Assembly (NCBI RefSeq): GCF_052425735.1
Contig: NC_135762.1
Location: 14,570,001-14,634,000 of the forward strand
Direction of reading: 5' to 3'
Source of the DNA: Oculina patagonica
Lineage: Eukaryota
DNA length: 64,000 bases
The position numbers were made by a program, and so were the translations under genes. This document shows, piece by piece, positions 20,810 to 34,412 of the stretch; position 1 is the first letter of the stretch; each line of letters begins with the position of its first letter. The notes beneath the pieces are model-generated. The model did not search any database. It worked only from the letters and a program-made list of their open reading frames with translations, and had not been told where the DNA came from.

Positions 20810-23800
20810 TAAAAATAAGCTTGAATCTACGGCGTGGTCCTATTTCAAAACTAGTGCCCAAATTCGTTAATTTCAGTGGCTCATGTACTACTTTCGTACT
20901 TAATTCGTTTGGGCCTGGAGTTAAAAATCAGTCTAAATTTAATCTGCGCGATGGTGGTTTTTCGAAAAGACGCAACCGGTACATTTCAAATCTCAAATTG
21001 GCCAGATTTGCTTGTACTGGAGTGAAAATATGGTTTAATCTAAGTTGTGGTATTTCAACACTACGGCCCGAACTCGTCATTTTCAGTGGCTCTGGTAGGA
21101 CTTTCGTATTAGATTCTTTTAGACCGGGAGTGAAAATCATGATAAATCCAGGTGATGGCGGTTTGTCCTAAAAAAAACCCAAACTGTAAATTTTAACTCT
21201 CAAACTGGACGGATATGCTTGATCCGGAGTGAAAATATGCCTCAATTTACCAGGTGGTATTTCAACACAAGGGCCCGAAATCATTATTTTGTGTCTCGTA
21301 ATTGTCGTCATGGAGTAAAAATCATGATGAATCCACGTGATAACCGTTTTTTTCAAAAACTCCCAAAATGCACATTTAAAGTGTCAAACTGGCCAGATTT
21401 GCTTGATCAGGAGGGAAAATAAAATTAATATACGTGGTGGTATTTCAACAAAAGGGCCTAATATAGTCATTTTCAGTGTCCCATGAACCACTTTCGTACT
21501 CAATTCTTTTGGACCCAAAGTGAAAATTAGTCTAGTCTGAATTCACGTGATATAAGTTAATCAGAAAGACCCAAACTGTACATTTCAAGACTCAAACAGG
21601 CCGGATTTTCTTCAACCGGAGTAAAAATAAGATTAAATCTATGTGGTGGTATATTAACACAAGGGCCCAAAATCGTCAATTTGAGTGGCTCGTGTAGCAC
21701 TTTCTTATTCGATTCTTTTGGACCAAGAATAAAAATCATGATGTATCCACGTGATGGCTGTAGTTTCAAAAAAGTCGCAAACTGTACATTTCAAGTCTCA
21801 AACTGGCCGGATTTCCTTGGTCAGTAGTGAAAATAACGGTGCTAGTATTTCAACAAAAGGGCATAGTAAAGTCACTTTGAGTGGCCTGAAGCATTTTCGT
21901 ACTTCATTCTTTTGGACCTGGAGTGAAAATTTGCCTGAATCCACGTGGTGGCAGTTTTTCAAAAAAAAAAACGAACTGCACCTTTCAATTCTCAAACTGG
22001 CTGGATTTGCTTGAGCTGGAGTAAAAATATGCCTTAAGATATAAGATAGAGAATGGAACGCAACGGCCCAGAAATCGTCATTTTCAGTGGCTCATGTAGC
22101 ACTTTTGTTATTCGCTTTTTTCACGATCCCATAATACATCTTGTTTTATTTAAATAACCCCCCAAAATGTTTGCATAAGCATTGTTTTCAATTTCTCTGG
22201 GGACGATTGCACGTCACTGTAAATCCCAAGAGAAATTGAAAACAATGCTTATGCAAAAATTTTGGGGGGTAAACAAGATGTATTATGGGAACGGTGAAAA
22301 CAGCGAATTCGACTTTTCTAGACCTGGAGTGAAAATTACGAAAACTTTAAGTGATGACAGTTTTTCGATAACATCCAAACGGTACATTTCAAGACTCAAA
22401 CAGGCCGGATTTGCTTGATCAGGAGTAAACATTAGATTAAATCTACGTGGTGTGATTTTAACACAAGGGCCCAAAATCGTCATTTTCAGTAGCCATTGTG
22501 GCACTTCTTATTCGATTGTTCCCGAAGTAGAGTGAAAATAACGACGAATCCACGTCATGGCAGTTTCTCGAAAAGGCCCAAACTGTACATTTCAAGTCTC
22601 ACTCTGGCCAAATTTTCTTGATCTCGAGTGAAAATATGCTTTATCTACGTGGTGGTATCTCAACAAAAGGGCCTTATATAGTCATTTTCAGTGGCTCATG
22701 AACCACTTTGGTACTCCATTCTTTTGGGCCTGGATTGAAAATTGGCCTGAATCAACGTGATGGTGGTTTTACAAAACAACCAAAACTGTACATTTCAAGT
22801 CTTTAACTGGCAGGATTTTTTGATCTAGAGTGAAATAAGTTTTAAAATTATTTAATTATACGTGGTGGTATTTCAACAAAAGCGCCTTATATAGTCATTT
22901 CCAGTGGCCCATGAACCACGTTCGTACTCCATTCTTTTGGACCTACAGTGAAAATTAGTCTGAATCAACGTGATGGCGGTTTTTTAAAAAGATCCAGACT
23001 ATACTTTGCGCTGGCCAGATTTGCCTGATCAAGAGTGAAAAAAGGTTTAATCTACGGCGGTATTTCAACACAAGGGAATAAAATTGCATTTACAGTGGCT
23101 CATGTAGCACTTTCTTTTTTGATTCTTTTTGACCAAGAGTGAAAGACACAATGTAACCATGTGATGGTGCTTTTTTTAATAAAATCCAAACTGTACACTT
23201 CAAGTCTCAAAACTGGCCGGTTTTGCTTGAACCGGTGTAAAAAGTGGCCTTAATCCACGTGGTGCTACTTCAAAACTAGGGCCCAAAATCGTCATTTTCA
23301 GTGGCTCATGTAGCACTTTCCTAGTCGATTCTTTTGGACCTGTATTAAAATCATGTTGAATTCACGTGATGGCGGTGTTTCAAAAATACCAAAACTGTAC
23401 ATTTCAAGTGTCACACTGGCCAGATTTTCTTGGTCGCAAGTGAAAATATGCTTAAATCTACGTGGTGGTATCTCAACAAAAGTGCCTGAAGTAGTCATTT
23501 TCAGTGACTCATGTAGCACTTTCTTATTTGATTCTTTTGGACCTGGAGTGAAAATCACGATGAATCCAAGTGATGGTGGTTTTTCAGAAGGACCCAAACT
23601 GTATATTTCAAGTCTCGAACTGGCCGTATTTGCTTGAACCGGAGTGAAAATAAGCTTTAATTTACCAAGAAAGAAAATTAAGATGAATCCATGTGATGAC
23701 GGTTTTTGAAAAGAACCAAACTGTACACTTCAAGTATCGAACTGGCCGGAATTGCTTGATCCAGAGTGAAAATATGCTTTAATCTACGTGGTGTTATTTC

Positions 23801-23812
23801 AAAAAAGGCTTC
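20810..23812 (+). repeat. ~204-bp satellite array, block 1
   Basis: Recurring motifs GGTGGTATTTCAACACAAGGGCCC, CATTTTCAGTGGCTCATGT, GGACCTGGAGTGAAAA, AATCCACGTGATGG, AAACTGTACATTTCAAGTCTCAAACTGGCC. Confidence 0.95.
22110..22308. mobile_element. Palindromic MITE inserted in the satellite
   Basis: ~90-bp inverted arms (CCCATAATACATCTTGTTT...TTTGCATAAGCATTGTTTTCAATTTCTCT / AGAGAAATTGAAAACAATGCTTATGCAAA...AAACAAGATGTATTATGGG) interrupt a satellite unit at ATTCG. Confidence 0.85.
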
Positions 23813-23829
23813 TTTTGTGAAAATCGTGA

Positions 23830-24565
23830 CAGGCCCGTAACCAGTAATTTGCATAGAAGGGTGCGTATGAGCGCCTCCGGCGCGAAATCTAGATCTTTAG
23901 CGCAACAGGCGTGATAACGTAGGCGGGGGTCTGGGGGTATCCTCCCCAAGGAAATGTTGAAAAATAGGTTATCTGAGACAGCATTTCGTGCGTTTGATGA
24001 CAGTTGGTTAGGAAAAAGGCAGGTAAATATGAAGGTAACAACGACAATAGTTCTGGTACATTTTTTAATTTAAATCGTATTTTTCGAAACACAACCTTGA
24101 AACGTAATTTACAAGTTATTTAGCTAACAATGACGGCAGTACAAAAAAGGAAGACAGGAAAAAAGATAAGTTTCTTCATTTCAGTATCAATTGGTAATTA
24201 CGTAAATCAGCCAGAAGCGGTTTGTTGATCTCTTAGCATTAGCACTGTGGCAAGCTCCAACATTCTTGGGTGCTTCAGAGCCCAACAAGTACTCAGTCTC
24301 CTCCCTTTTTGGTAGCGCCTAGGAATATTTATGGCACTTCGAACAATTCGACAATAAAGATCAATGACGGACATTAGGTAGAATGTATCGTTCAAATAAC
24401 CTAGAATCACCGAATTTAATCCAACATATACCACGCCAATCTACAAATGGTGGACCTTCAACCAAAAGGATAATATTGAATAAGAATATTCTCTTAATTT
24501 ATTTATTTTAATATATGTATTTTTTTTACAATAAGCGGACTTCCAAGTCTCGTGGGGTAAAGGGG
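23830..24565 (+). mobile_element. Truncated non-autonomous DNA transposon (hAT-like 5' end) in the satellite
   Basis: Non-satellite insert starting CAGGCCCGTAACCAG with a GGGGGTCTGGGGGTATCCTCCCC motif; no matching right TIR seen. Confidence 0.45.
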
Positions 24566-27451
24566 TAAACTGTACATTTCAAGTCTCAAACTTGCCGGAT
24601 TTGGTTAAACCGGAGTAAATATAAGCTTTAATCTACGTCGTGGTATATTTACACAAGGGCCCAAAATCGCATTTTTCAGTGGCTAATGTACCACTTTCCC
24701 GTACGATTCTTTTGGACCTGGATAGAAAATTATTATGAATCAACGTGATGCCATTTTTTCAAAAAGACCAAAACGGTAGATTGCAAGTCTCAAACTGGCC
24801 GGTTTTGCTCAATCTTAAATAAAAATAAGCTTTAATCCAAGTGGTGGTATTTCAACACAAGGGCCCAAAAATCATCATTTTCAGTGGCTCATGTAACACT
24901 TTCCTGTACGATTCTTTTGGACTTGGATTGAAAATTAGGATAAATCCACGTGATGGCGAATGTTCAAAAAGAACCAAACTGTACATTTCAAGTCTCAAAC
25001 TGGCCGGTTTTGCTGGATCTGAAATGAAAATAAGCTTTAAACCACGTGCTGGTATTTCAACACAAGGGCCCAAAAATCGTCATTTTAAGTAGCCCATGTA
25101 ACACTTTTTCCGTACAATTCTTTTGGACATGGAGTGAAATTTAGGACAAATCCACGTGATGGCAGAATTTCAAAGAGAACCATTAGGATAAATCTACGTG
25201 ATAGCGGATTTTCAAAAAGACACAAAATGTAGATTTACAAGTCTCAAACTGGCCGGTTTTGCTGGATCTGAAATGAAAATAAGCTTTAATCCATGTGGTG
25301 GTATTTCAACACAAGGGCCCAAAAATCGTCATTTTAAGTGGCCCATGTAACACTCTTACCGTACAATTCTTTTGGACATGGAGTGAAATTTAGGACAAAT
25401 CCACGTGATGGCAGAATTTCAAAGAGAACCATTAGAATAAATCTGCGTGATGGCGGATTTTCAAAAAGACACAAACTGTAGATTTAAAGTCTCAAACTGG
25501 CCGGTTTTGCTGGACCTGGAGTGAAAATAAGCTTTAATCAACGTGGTGCACGGTATTTCAACACAAGGGGCAAGAAACGTCATTTTCAGTGGCTCAGGTA
25601 ACAATTACCCGTACATTTCTTTTTGACCTGGAGTGAAAATTAGGATGAGTCAACGTGATGCCATTTTTCTCAAAAAGACCCAAAGTATAGATTGCAAGTC
25701 TCAAACGGGCCGGTTTTACTGGACCAGCAGTAAAAATAAGCTTTAATCAACTTGGTGGTATTTCAACACAAGGGTCCAAATATCGTCATTTTAAGTGGCT
25801 AAAATAGTACTTTCCCGTTCGATTCTTTTGGACGTGGTGAGGAAAATAGGATGAGTCCACGTGATGCCATGTTTTAAAAAAGAACCTAACTGTAGATTAA
25901 AAGTTTCAAACTTGCCGGTTTTACTGGATTCGAAATGAAAATAAGCTTTAATCCACGTGGTGGTATTTCAACACAACGGCCCAAAATTTTCATTTTCAGT
26001 GGTTCATGTAGCACTTTCCTGTACGATTGTTTTGGAACTAAAGTGAAAATTAGGATTAATCCACGTGTTATCGGATTTTCAAAAATACCCAAACAGTAGA
26101 ATTAAAGTCTCAAACTGGCCGGTTTTGCTTGAACAGGAGTCAAAATAACCCTAAATCTACCTGGTGGCATTTTACACATGGGCCCGAAATCGTCATTTAC
26201 AGTGGCTCATGTAACACTTTCCTGTACGATTCTTTTCGACCTGGAGTGAAAATTAGGATATTTCCACGTGATGGCGGATTTTCAAAAAGACCCAAACTGT
26301 AGATTTCAAGTCTCAAATTGGCCGGTTTTGCTGGATCAGGAGTGACAATTAGCCCAACACTACGTGGTGCTATTTTTACACAAGGGCCCGAAATCGTCAT
26401 TTTCAGTGTCTCATGTAACACTTTCTTGTACGATTCTTTTCGACCTGGAGTAAAAATTAGGATACTCCACGTGATGGCAGATTTTCAAAAAGACCCAAAC
26501 TGTAGATTTTAAGTCTCAAACTGGCCGGTTTTGCTGGATCTGAAATGAAAATAAACTATTATCCACGTGGTCGTATTTCAACACATGGGCCCCAAAATCG
26601 TCATTTTCAGTGGCTCAAATAGCACTTTCTTGTACGATTCTTTTGGACCTGGAGAGAAAATTAGGATGAGTCCACGTGATACCATTTATTCACACAGACC
26701 GAAACCGTAGATTTGCGCGCAGTCTCAAACTGGCCGGTTTTGCTGGATCTGAAATGAAAATAAGCTTTAATCTACGTGGTGGTATTTCAACACAAGGGCC
26801 CAAAAATCGTCATTTTTAGTGGCACATGTATCACTTTCCTGTACGATTCTTTTGGACCTGGAGTGAAAATTAGGATAAATCCTCATAATGGCGGATTTTC
26901 AAAGATAACCAAACTGTAGATTTCAAGTCTCAAACTGGCCGGTTTTGCTGGACCAGGAGTGAAAATTAGCCTAACTCTACGTGGTGGTATTTTCACACAA
27001 GGGCGCGAAATCATCATTTACAGTGGCTCATGTAACACTTTCCTGTACGATTCTTTTGGACCTCGAGTTTAAATTAGGATAAATCCACGTGATGGTGTAT
27101 TTTCAAAAAAGACCCAAACAGTAAATTTCAAGTCTCAAACTGGCTGGTTTTGCTGGATCAGGAGTCAAAATCAGCCTAAATTTAGGTGGTGGTATTTTCA
27201 CACATGAGCCCGAAATCGTCATTTTCATTGGCTAGTGTAACACTTTCCTGTACGATTCTTTGGACCTGGAGTGAAATTAGGGTAAGTCCATGTGATGACG
27301 GATTTTCAAAAAGACCCAAACTGTAGATTTCAAGTCTTCAACAGGCCAGTTTTGCTGGATTTGAAATGGAAATAAGCTTTTATACACGTTGTGGTATTTC
27401 AACACAAGGGCCCAAAAATCGTCATTGTTAGTGGCTCATGTAATACTTTCT
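24566..27451 (+). repeat. ~204-bp satellite array, block 2
   Basis: Same unit; period of 204 bp measured between 26881 and 27085. Confidence 0.95.
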
Positions 27452-29485
27452 TTTATCATATGACCCGTACGGACCCGCGCGCAATTTCCTTGGAAAACCA
27501 TATGAAAAAAAAAGGCCCGTATGAGGGACGTACGCGTCAAGTGACAGGGTCGGGAAAACGCGTACGGCCCCGCTAGAAAAGCGAACGGCCCCGCCACTGA
27601 TCGATGCGAGTTGAAACATTTTGTTGCCGTATTAATAATTTTCCTCTTGAAAAATGGACGATGAAAGTGAACATTTTGACAGCGAATTTTTATTATCCAG
27701 GTGAACTATCCGATGCAGAGTTTCTTCAAGTTCCAACTCTCTCCGAAAACGAAGAAAAAAAAGTGAAAACTTCTCACCAATGAAGAAGTTCACAATTTTA
27801 TTAGAAGCCAACAACAAGCAAGCACTGTCAAAAAAAAACAAGCTATGACATGAACGTTTTTCAAAGATTTATCAGTGAATGTGGCGAGAGACGGAAGGTC
27901 TTCGAAATTCCGCCGGATGAGCTGGACAGCCTCCTATGCAATTTCTATATCAATGCAAAGAAAAAAGACAACACAGAGTACGAACCTGACACGATGTCCT
28001 CCTTCTCGCGAAGTATCCAGCGATACTTGGACGACAACAACGCAAAGATAAACACCCTGAAGGACGAAGATTTCAAGGTCTTAAGAGAAGTCCTAAAATC
28101 GATGCGTCGTGAACTCAGGAAGCAGGGAAAAGGGAACAAGCCAAACGCCACAGTTCCCGTGACAAACGATGGAGTTGAGCGGATCTTTGACGAAAATCAG
28201 TTTGGCATCTACGCTCCAGAAGTACTTTCACGAACGATGTGGTTTTTGCTGACGCTCCAATTCGGGCACCGGGCGAGACACGAAGCAAGACAGATGAAAT
28301 TTGGTGACATCGATTTGAAAAAAGATGAAGCTAGTGGAAAAGAATACCTGGAGTGGACAACGGAGAGGGAAGGCAAGACCCGCCACGGCGACGAAAACGA
28401 ACACCAAAGATCTTTCCGCCCGAAGGCGTACGAAACAGGCGACAGAAAATGTCCAGTGTCTTGCTTCAAAGAGTTTGTTTACAGGAGACCAGAGGAAGCC
28501 AAATCACCAGAGAGCCCATTCTTCCTAGCTGTTCGTCACCGACGAAAACCAAAAGATCAAATTTGGTTTATTAACAGCCCCATGGGAAAAACAAGATTGG
28601 CAAGTTCCTTACCAGCGCTACGAAAGATTTACCGATGTCGACGAGCGGTAAATTTACCAACCATTCAGTACGCAAAACATGGATCAAGACCCTTCCGGAT
28701 TCTGGTGTCAGTCACAACACTGTGGCCCAACTGAGTGGCCACAAGAGCCTGAAGAGTTTGGATAGCTATGCCGTGGCATCGAGAGAGCAGCAACGCCAGA
28801 TGTCCGAAATACTCAGTGGCAAGGAAAACAACAACGCCAAGCCGAAACCGAACCCAAACACACCGAAGGAAAATCATGAAGCTCAGCCAAGTTGCAGCAA
28901 CGTCAAAGGTTCCCTGCCAGCAAGTAGCTTATTTTCGGTAGCAAGTATTGGCGTCCTAAACATCCAGAACCTTGTACTTCCCGAAGCCACCAGCCATCAA
29001 GCTCTTAGCATTTCAGCTTCGAAGAAACGTCGCCGCCATGTTATCCAGTCGTTAGACGAAGAGGATAAGCAAACGTCTTGCGTGAAATTTCTTTTAAAAT
29101 CGCTCTTTGTGCATTTCAAACAATTCCTTCGATCAACAGTTAAGAACTTCGATTTAAAATTCCTTTGTATCGAGCAGAAAACAGAACTTTTGATTGTAAA
29201 ATGCTTATGAATCTTTGTACTTTGCAGTTGTGAACTTGTTCAAATACACTTTGCTGGCTTTCCAAACTAATGGCGTGAAATCATTGGCTCCTTGAAAATT
29301 CGCGCGAAACGAGGCAAATGCTGCCATGAACACGTTTTCGCTAGATCGAAAAAATAAAAAAAAAACAATATTCACATGATAAAACGCTTATTGACTGAGT
29401 AAAGTCGGGCCGGACGGGAAAATATTTGACTCTCGGTCAGGACGCAAGGACCTCGCTGCGCTCGGTCCGTACGTCCTGACCTCGA

Positions 29486-29529
<44 letters not shown>

Positions 29530-29530
29530 A
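27452..29530 (+). mobile_element. Crypton-type (tyrosine recombinase) DNA transposon inserted in the satellite
   Basis: Cleanly interrupts one satellite unit (…AATACTTTCT | TACGATTC…). Encodes a tyrosine recombinase. TTTATCAT at the left end and ATGATAAA near the right end; ~140-bp terminal hairpin at 29387-29527. Confidence 0.82.
27654..29210 (+). pseudogene. Crypton-type tyrosine recombinase (DUF3504-like), frameshifted
   Basis: N-terminal MDDESEHFDSEF..YYPG (frameshifted); EYEPDT; FGHRARHE (catalytic R); CPV; after a 1-nt loss in the A-run at 28587-28591, TNHSVRKT (HxxR), LSGHKS (H) and LDSY (Y). Confidence 0.85.
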
Positions 29531-31560
29531 TACGATTCTATTGGACCTGCAGTAAAAATTAGGATAAATCCACGTGATGGCGGATTTTCAAAAATACCCA
29601 AACTATAGATTTCAAGTCTCAACCTGGCCGGTTTTGCTGGATCAGGAGTGAAAATAAGACTAAATCTACGTTTTGGTGTTTTGCACAAGGACCCGAAATC
29701 GCCATTTTCAGTGGCTCATGTAACACTTTCCTGTACGATTCTTTTGGACCTGGAGTGAAATTAAAAATAAATCCACGTGATGGCAGATTTTCAAAAAGAC
29801 ACAAACTATAGATTTCAAGTGTCTCAAACTGGACGGTTTTGCTGGATCTGAAATGGAAATAAGCTTTAATCCACGTTGTGGTATTTCAACACAAGGGCCC
29901 AAAAATCGTCATTTTTAGTGGCTCATGTAATACTATCTTGTACGATTCTCTTGGACCTGGAGTGAAAATTAGGATAAATCCACGTGATGGCGGATTTTTA
30001 AAAAGACCCAAACTGTAGATTTCAAGTCCCAAACTGGACGGTTTTGCTGGATCTTAAATAAAAATAAGCTTTAATCCACGTTGTGGTATTTCAACACAAG
30101 AGCCCAAAAATTGTCTTTTTCATTTGCTCATGTAACACTTTCCTGTACGATTCTTTTGTACTTGGATTGAAAATTAGGATACATCGAGGTGATGGCAGAT
30201 TTTCAAAAAGACCCAAACTGTAGATTTCAAGTCTCAAACTGGCCGGTTTTGCTGGATCAGGAATGAAAATATGCCTTAATCTAAGTTTTGGCGTTTTTCA
30301 CAAGGACCCGAAATCTTCATTTTCATTGGCTCATGTAACACTTTCCTGTACGATTTTTTTGGACCTGGAGTGAAAATTAGGATAAGTCCACGTGATGGCG
30401 GATTTTCAAAAAGACCCAAACAGTAGATTTCAAGTCTCAAACTTGCCGGTTTTGCTGGATCTGATATGAAAATAAGCTTTTATCCACGTGGTGGTATTTC
30501 AACACAAGGGCCCAAAAATCGTCATTTTTAGTGGCTCAAATATAAATTTCCCGTACGATACTTTTGTATCTGCAGAGAAAATTAGGATACGTCCACGTGA
30601 TGCCGTTTTTTTTTTTTTTTTTCAAAAAGACCCAAACTGTATATTTCATGTCTCAAACTGGCCGGTTTTGCTGGACCTGAAGTGAAAATAGTCTTTAATC
30701 AACGTGGTGGTATTTCAACACAAGAGCCTAAAATTATCATTTTTAGTCTCTCATGTAGCACTTTCTCATTCGATTCTTTTAGACCTGGAGTAGGAATTAA
30801 GATGAATCCACGTGATGGCGGTAATTATTCAATTGTTTTGGCCCTGTAATGAAAATTTGTCTGAATAAACGTGTTGGCAGTTTTTCAACAAGACCCAAAC
30901 TGTACATTTCAAATCTAAAACTGGATTCGGAGTGAAAAAAACGCTTTTAGCCACGTAGTGGTATTTCAACACTAGGGCCTAAAACCGTCATTTTCAATTG
31001 CTGCACGTGATGGCGGTCGTTCTAAAAGACACAAACTGTACACTTTTAGGCTCAAACTGGCCGGTTTCGCTTGATCGGGAGTGATAATAAGCTTTGATCT
31101 ACGTTGCAGTATTTTGATGCAAGAACCCAAAAAAGTCATTTTCAGTGGCTCTTGTGGCACTTTCTTCTTCAAGTGTTTGGACCTGGAGTGAAAATTAGTC
31201 TAAATCCACCTGATGGCGGTTTTTCAAAACTTCCCAAACTGTCCATTTCAAGTCTCAAACTGGCCGGATCTGGTTGATCAGTAGTGAAAATAAGCTTAAA
31301 TAGACGTGGGGTTATTTCAACGAAAATGCCTATTATAGTCATTTTCATGAAGCACTTTCGTACTCCATTCTTTTGGACCTGGAGTAAAAATTAGTCTGTA
31401 TCCAGATGATGGTGGCTTTTCAAAAATACCCAAACTGTACATCTAAAGTCTCACACTGGCAGGATTTCCTTGAACGGGAGTAAAAATAAGCCTTAATCGA
31501 CGTGGTGGTATTTCAACACAAGGGCCTAAAATCGTCATTTTAAGTGGCTCGTGTAGCTTT
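29531..31560 (+). repeat. ~204-bp satellite array, block 3
   Basis: Same unit; CCACGTGATG anchors recur about every 204-206 bp. Confidence 0.95.
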
Positions 31561-31571
31561 GTTTAATAATT

Positions 31572-32070
31572 CCAGCGCCGTAACCAGACTTCTGACATAG
31601 ACGAGGCAAACCCGAGCGTCAAAGGCATTCGCCGCTAGGGAAGTTTGGGGGCATGAGCTCCCCAGATAATTTGAAATATAGAAGCTCTGAAACGCTATTT
31701 CGAGCATTTTTATGAAGCAATTCTTAAATCTCGGTCAAGCTTAAAATGATACTTCTCGTCGCTTTTTTAGATATTATGGTAAGTGATACTTGTGCCATGA
31801 TAATGATAATTCTGTTTTCAGTTTTGTTTTAAGTTTTTCTCTTACCTATACATCTTATAAATCCCTAAAAGACATGCTAATGTGACGCGACCAGAAAACA
31901 CACATTAGAGTTCGTACAGGCATGTCTTTAACCTAGAGATGCAGAGATTGCATTAATTTGGTTTCAAGTGCCTGGCCTTTCTGACCATTATTTTTCCAAC
32001 CAAATTATTATTTCTATTAAAATCAAGACGAGGCAATGCGTCGTCTTGCCTCGTGCTTGCCTCGTGCAAT
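31572..32070 (+). mobile_element. Non-autonomous DNA transposon fragment (hAT-like)
   Basis: Starts CAGCGCCGTAACCAG (compare 23830). Sub-terminal GACGAGGCA / TGCCTCGT motifs near both ends; right TIR missing. Confidence 0.45.
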
Positions 32071-32818
32071 GTTCGATATTTGCCAAAATACACCACAATG
32101 ATCATTTATGACCAAAGTTTAATTTTTTACTGGTCACATAGTCACAAAGGTTACCATAGTAACGATTGTTGTTTCTTTTTGATTCAAAACAAGCCTAATT
32201 TTCTCGAAATCTAGATTGACTACTGGTATTCATTTTTTGATATGTTTAAGATTAGTAGATTAACTAACTGTTGACAGAATTTTAGAAAAATCTGTAAGAG
32301 CGTTTTCAAGGAAATCAAGAATGAAATGTTCAAAAATATTCCATTTTAATGTGAAAAAGATGCCTTTAAATTGTCTCGTAGTATTTGAACGCAGTTATTC
32401 AAAAAGAAATAAAAATACTTACACCATCAAAGACCATTAACTAAAAGCGAGAGAGGTTTTGCTTTGTTTTGGCAAAATATATCGACTGCCAATTATAGGA
32501 CTGCAAGAAGTTACATAAAAATTCTTTCTTGAATAACTCTAAAATGCTCTTACAGATTTTTCTGAAATTTTGTCTAAAAAATAAATACCAATTGTCAATC
32601 TAGATTTCGAGAAAATTAAGCTTTTTTGAAAACAAAAGAAAACGACAATCGTTGCTATGGTAACCTTTGTGACTAAGTGACCAATAAAAAAATTAAACTT
32701 TGGTCATATTTGATCATTATGGTGTATTTTGGCAAAAATCGAACGTTAGCTTCCTAGATAGTTTTCATTTTCAAAACGACCACCCAAGGGCTTAAAAAAC
32801 TACATCGAGCCTCCTTAA
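32071..32818. mobile_element. Foldback element with long inverted arms, ending CCTCC-TTAA (Kolobok-like); left end truncated
   Basis: 32071-~32320 is an inverted copy of ~32525-32745 (e.g. TAATTTTCTCGAAATCTAGATTGAC / GTCAATCTAGATTTCGAGAAAATTA). Confidence 0.65.
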
Positions 32819-33773
32819 ATCGTCATTTTCAGTGATTCGTGTAACACTTTCTTATTCGATTCTTTTGGGCCCAGAGTGAAAAGCATGATGAGTCCACGTG
32901 ATGGCAGATTTTTTTTAAAAAAAAAAAAAAAGACCCAAACTGCCATTTTAAGTCTCAAACTGGAAGGATTTGCTGATCAGTAGTGAAAATAAGCTAAAAT
33001 ATACGTAGTGTTATTTTAACAAAAGGGCCTTATATAGTCATTTTCAGTGGCCCATGAAATACTTTCGTACTCCATTCTTTTGGACCTGGGGTGAAAATTA
33101 GTCTGAATCCACGTGATGGCGGCTTTTCAAAATTTACCAAACTGTACATTTAAAGTATCACACTGGCAGAATTTCCGTGAACCGCAGTAAAAATAAGCTT
33201 TAGTCTACGTGGTGGTATTTCAACACTAGGGCCCAAAATCGTCATTTTCAGTGGCTCATGTAACATTTTTCAATTCGATTCTTTTGGAGCAAGAAGTAAA
33301 ACTCATGATGAATCCACGTGATGGCGGTTTTTCAAAAAGATACAAACTGTACATTTCAAGTCTCAAACTGGCCAGATTTGCTTGAACAGGAGCGAAAGTA
33401 AGTTATAATCTTAGGGGTGGTATTTCAACACAAAGGCCCAAAATCGTCATTTTCAGTGGCCCATGTCGCACTTTATTATTCGATTCCATTGCACCTGTGG
33501 TGAATATCATGATGAATCCAGGTGATGGATTTTTTTTTTCAAAAAGATACAAACTGTACATTTCAAATCTCAAACTGGCCAGAATTGCTTGAACAGAAGT
33601 GAAAATAATTTTTAATCTTCATGATGCTATTTCAATACAAGGGCCCAAAATCGTCATTTTTAGTGGCTCATGAAGCATTTTCTAATTCAATTCTTCTGGA
33701 GCTGGAATAAAACTTATGATGGTGGTTTTTCAAAAAGACACGAACTGTCCATTTCAAGTCTCAAACTGGCCGG
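32819..33773 (+). repeat. ~204-bp satellite array, block 4
   Basis: Same unit. Confidence 0.93.
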
Positions 33774-34125
33774 TGTAAGACAGAAAAATCCAGCACGAGG
33801 TCGATATGCTGCCCTCAGATAGAATGAGTTCCCTACGGAACTCACCAATCACTAAGACAGAATAATCCAGCACGAGGTCGATATGTTGCCCTCAGATACC
33901 ATGAGTTTCATAAGGGACTCACAAATTAAGTAAGACAGAATAATGCAGCACGAGGTCAATATGCTGCCTTCAGATAGCATGAGTTCCATAACGAACCCAC
34001 CAGCCAAGTAAGACAGATTTATCCAACACCAGGTAGATATGCTGCTCTGACATAACATGAGTTCTATTAGGAACTCGCTAACCAAGTAAGACAGAATAAT
34101 CCAGCACGAGGTCGATATGCTGCCT
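33774..34125 (+). repeat. 78-bp tandem repeat, left part
   Basis: Unit AAGTAAGACAGAATAATCCAGCACGAGGTCGATATGCTGCCTTCAGATAGCATGAGTTCCATAAGGAACTCACCAACC. Confidence 0.93.
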
Positions 34126-34412
34126 TATTTTATGACTAGTTCCGTGAGCGGTCAAGATGAAACGAATCCCGTGCTCTGATTGGCTACCCGAGCGGTCAAG
34201 ATGGAGCCATCTTGACCGATCGGGATCACCCGCTGTGTTCCCGCAAGCGAAAAAGCTTTTCAGTTCCGTCGACGCTACTACAAAAAGCTTTTCCGTCTTA
34301 AACTTGAGCTATGAAACCATTTTTCGAAACAACACAAATATTTTCTGTCTGTTTCTAGCGAAAGGGAGTCCGATATCAAAGAAAAAGGTCTTGAAGTGAA
34401 CGAGAACAAACT

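Noticed and set aside
27850-29210. Phage integrase, bacterial contamination or domesticated host gene
   Set aside because: Motifs are Crypton-type, the ORF is frameshifted and intronless, and it is bounded by element ends within a satellite unit.
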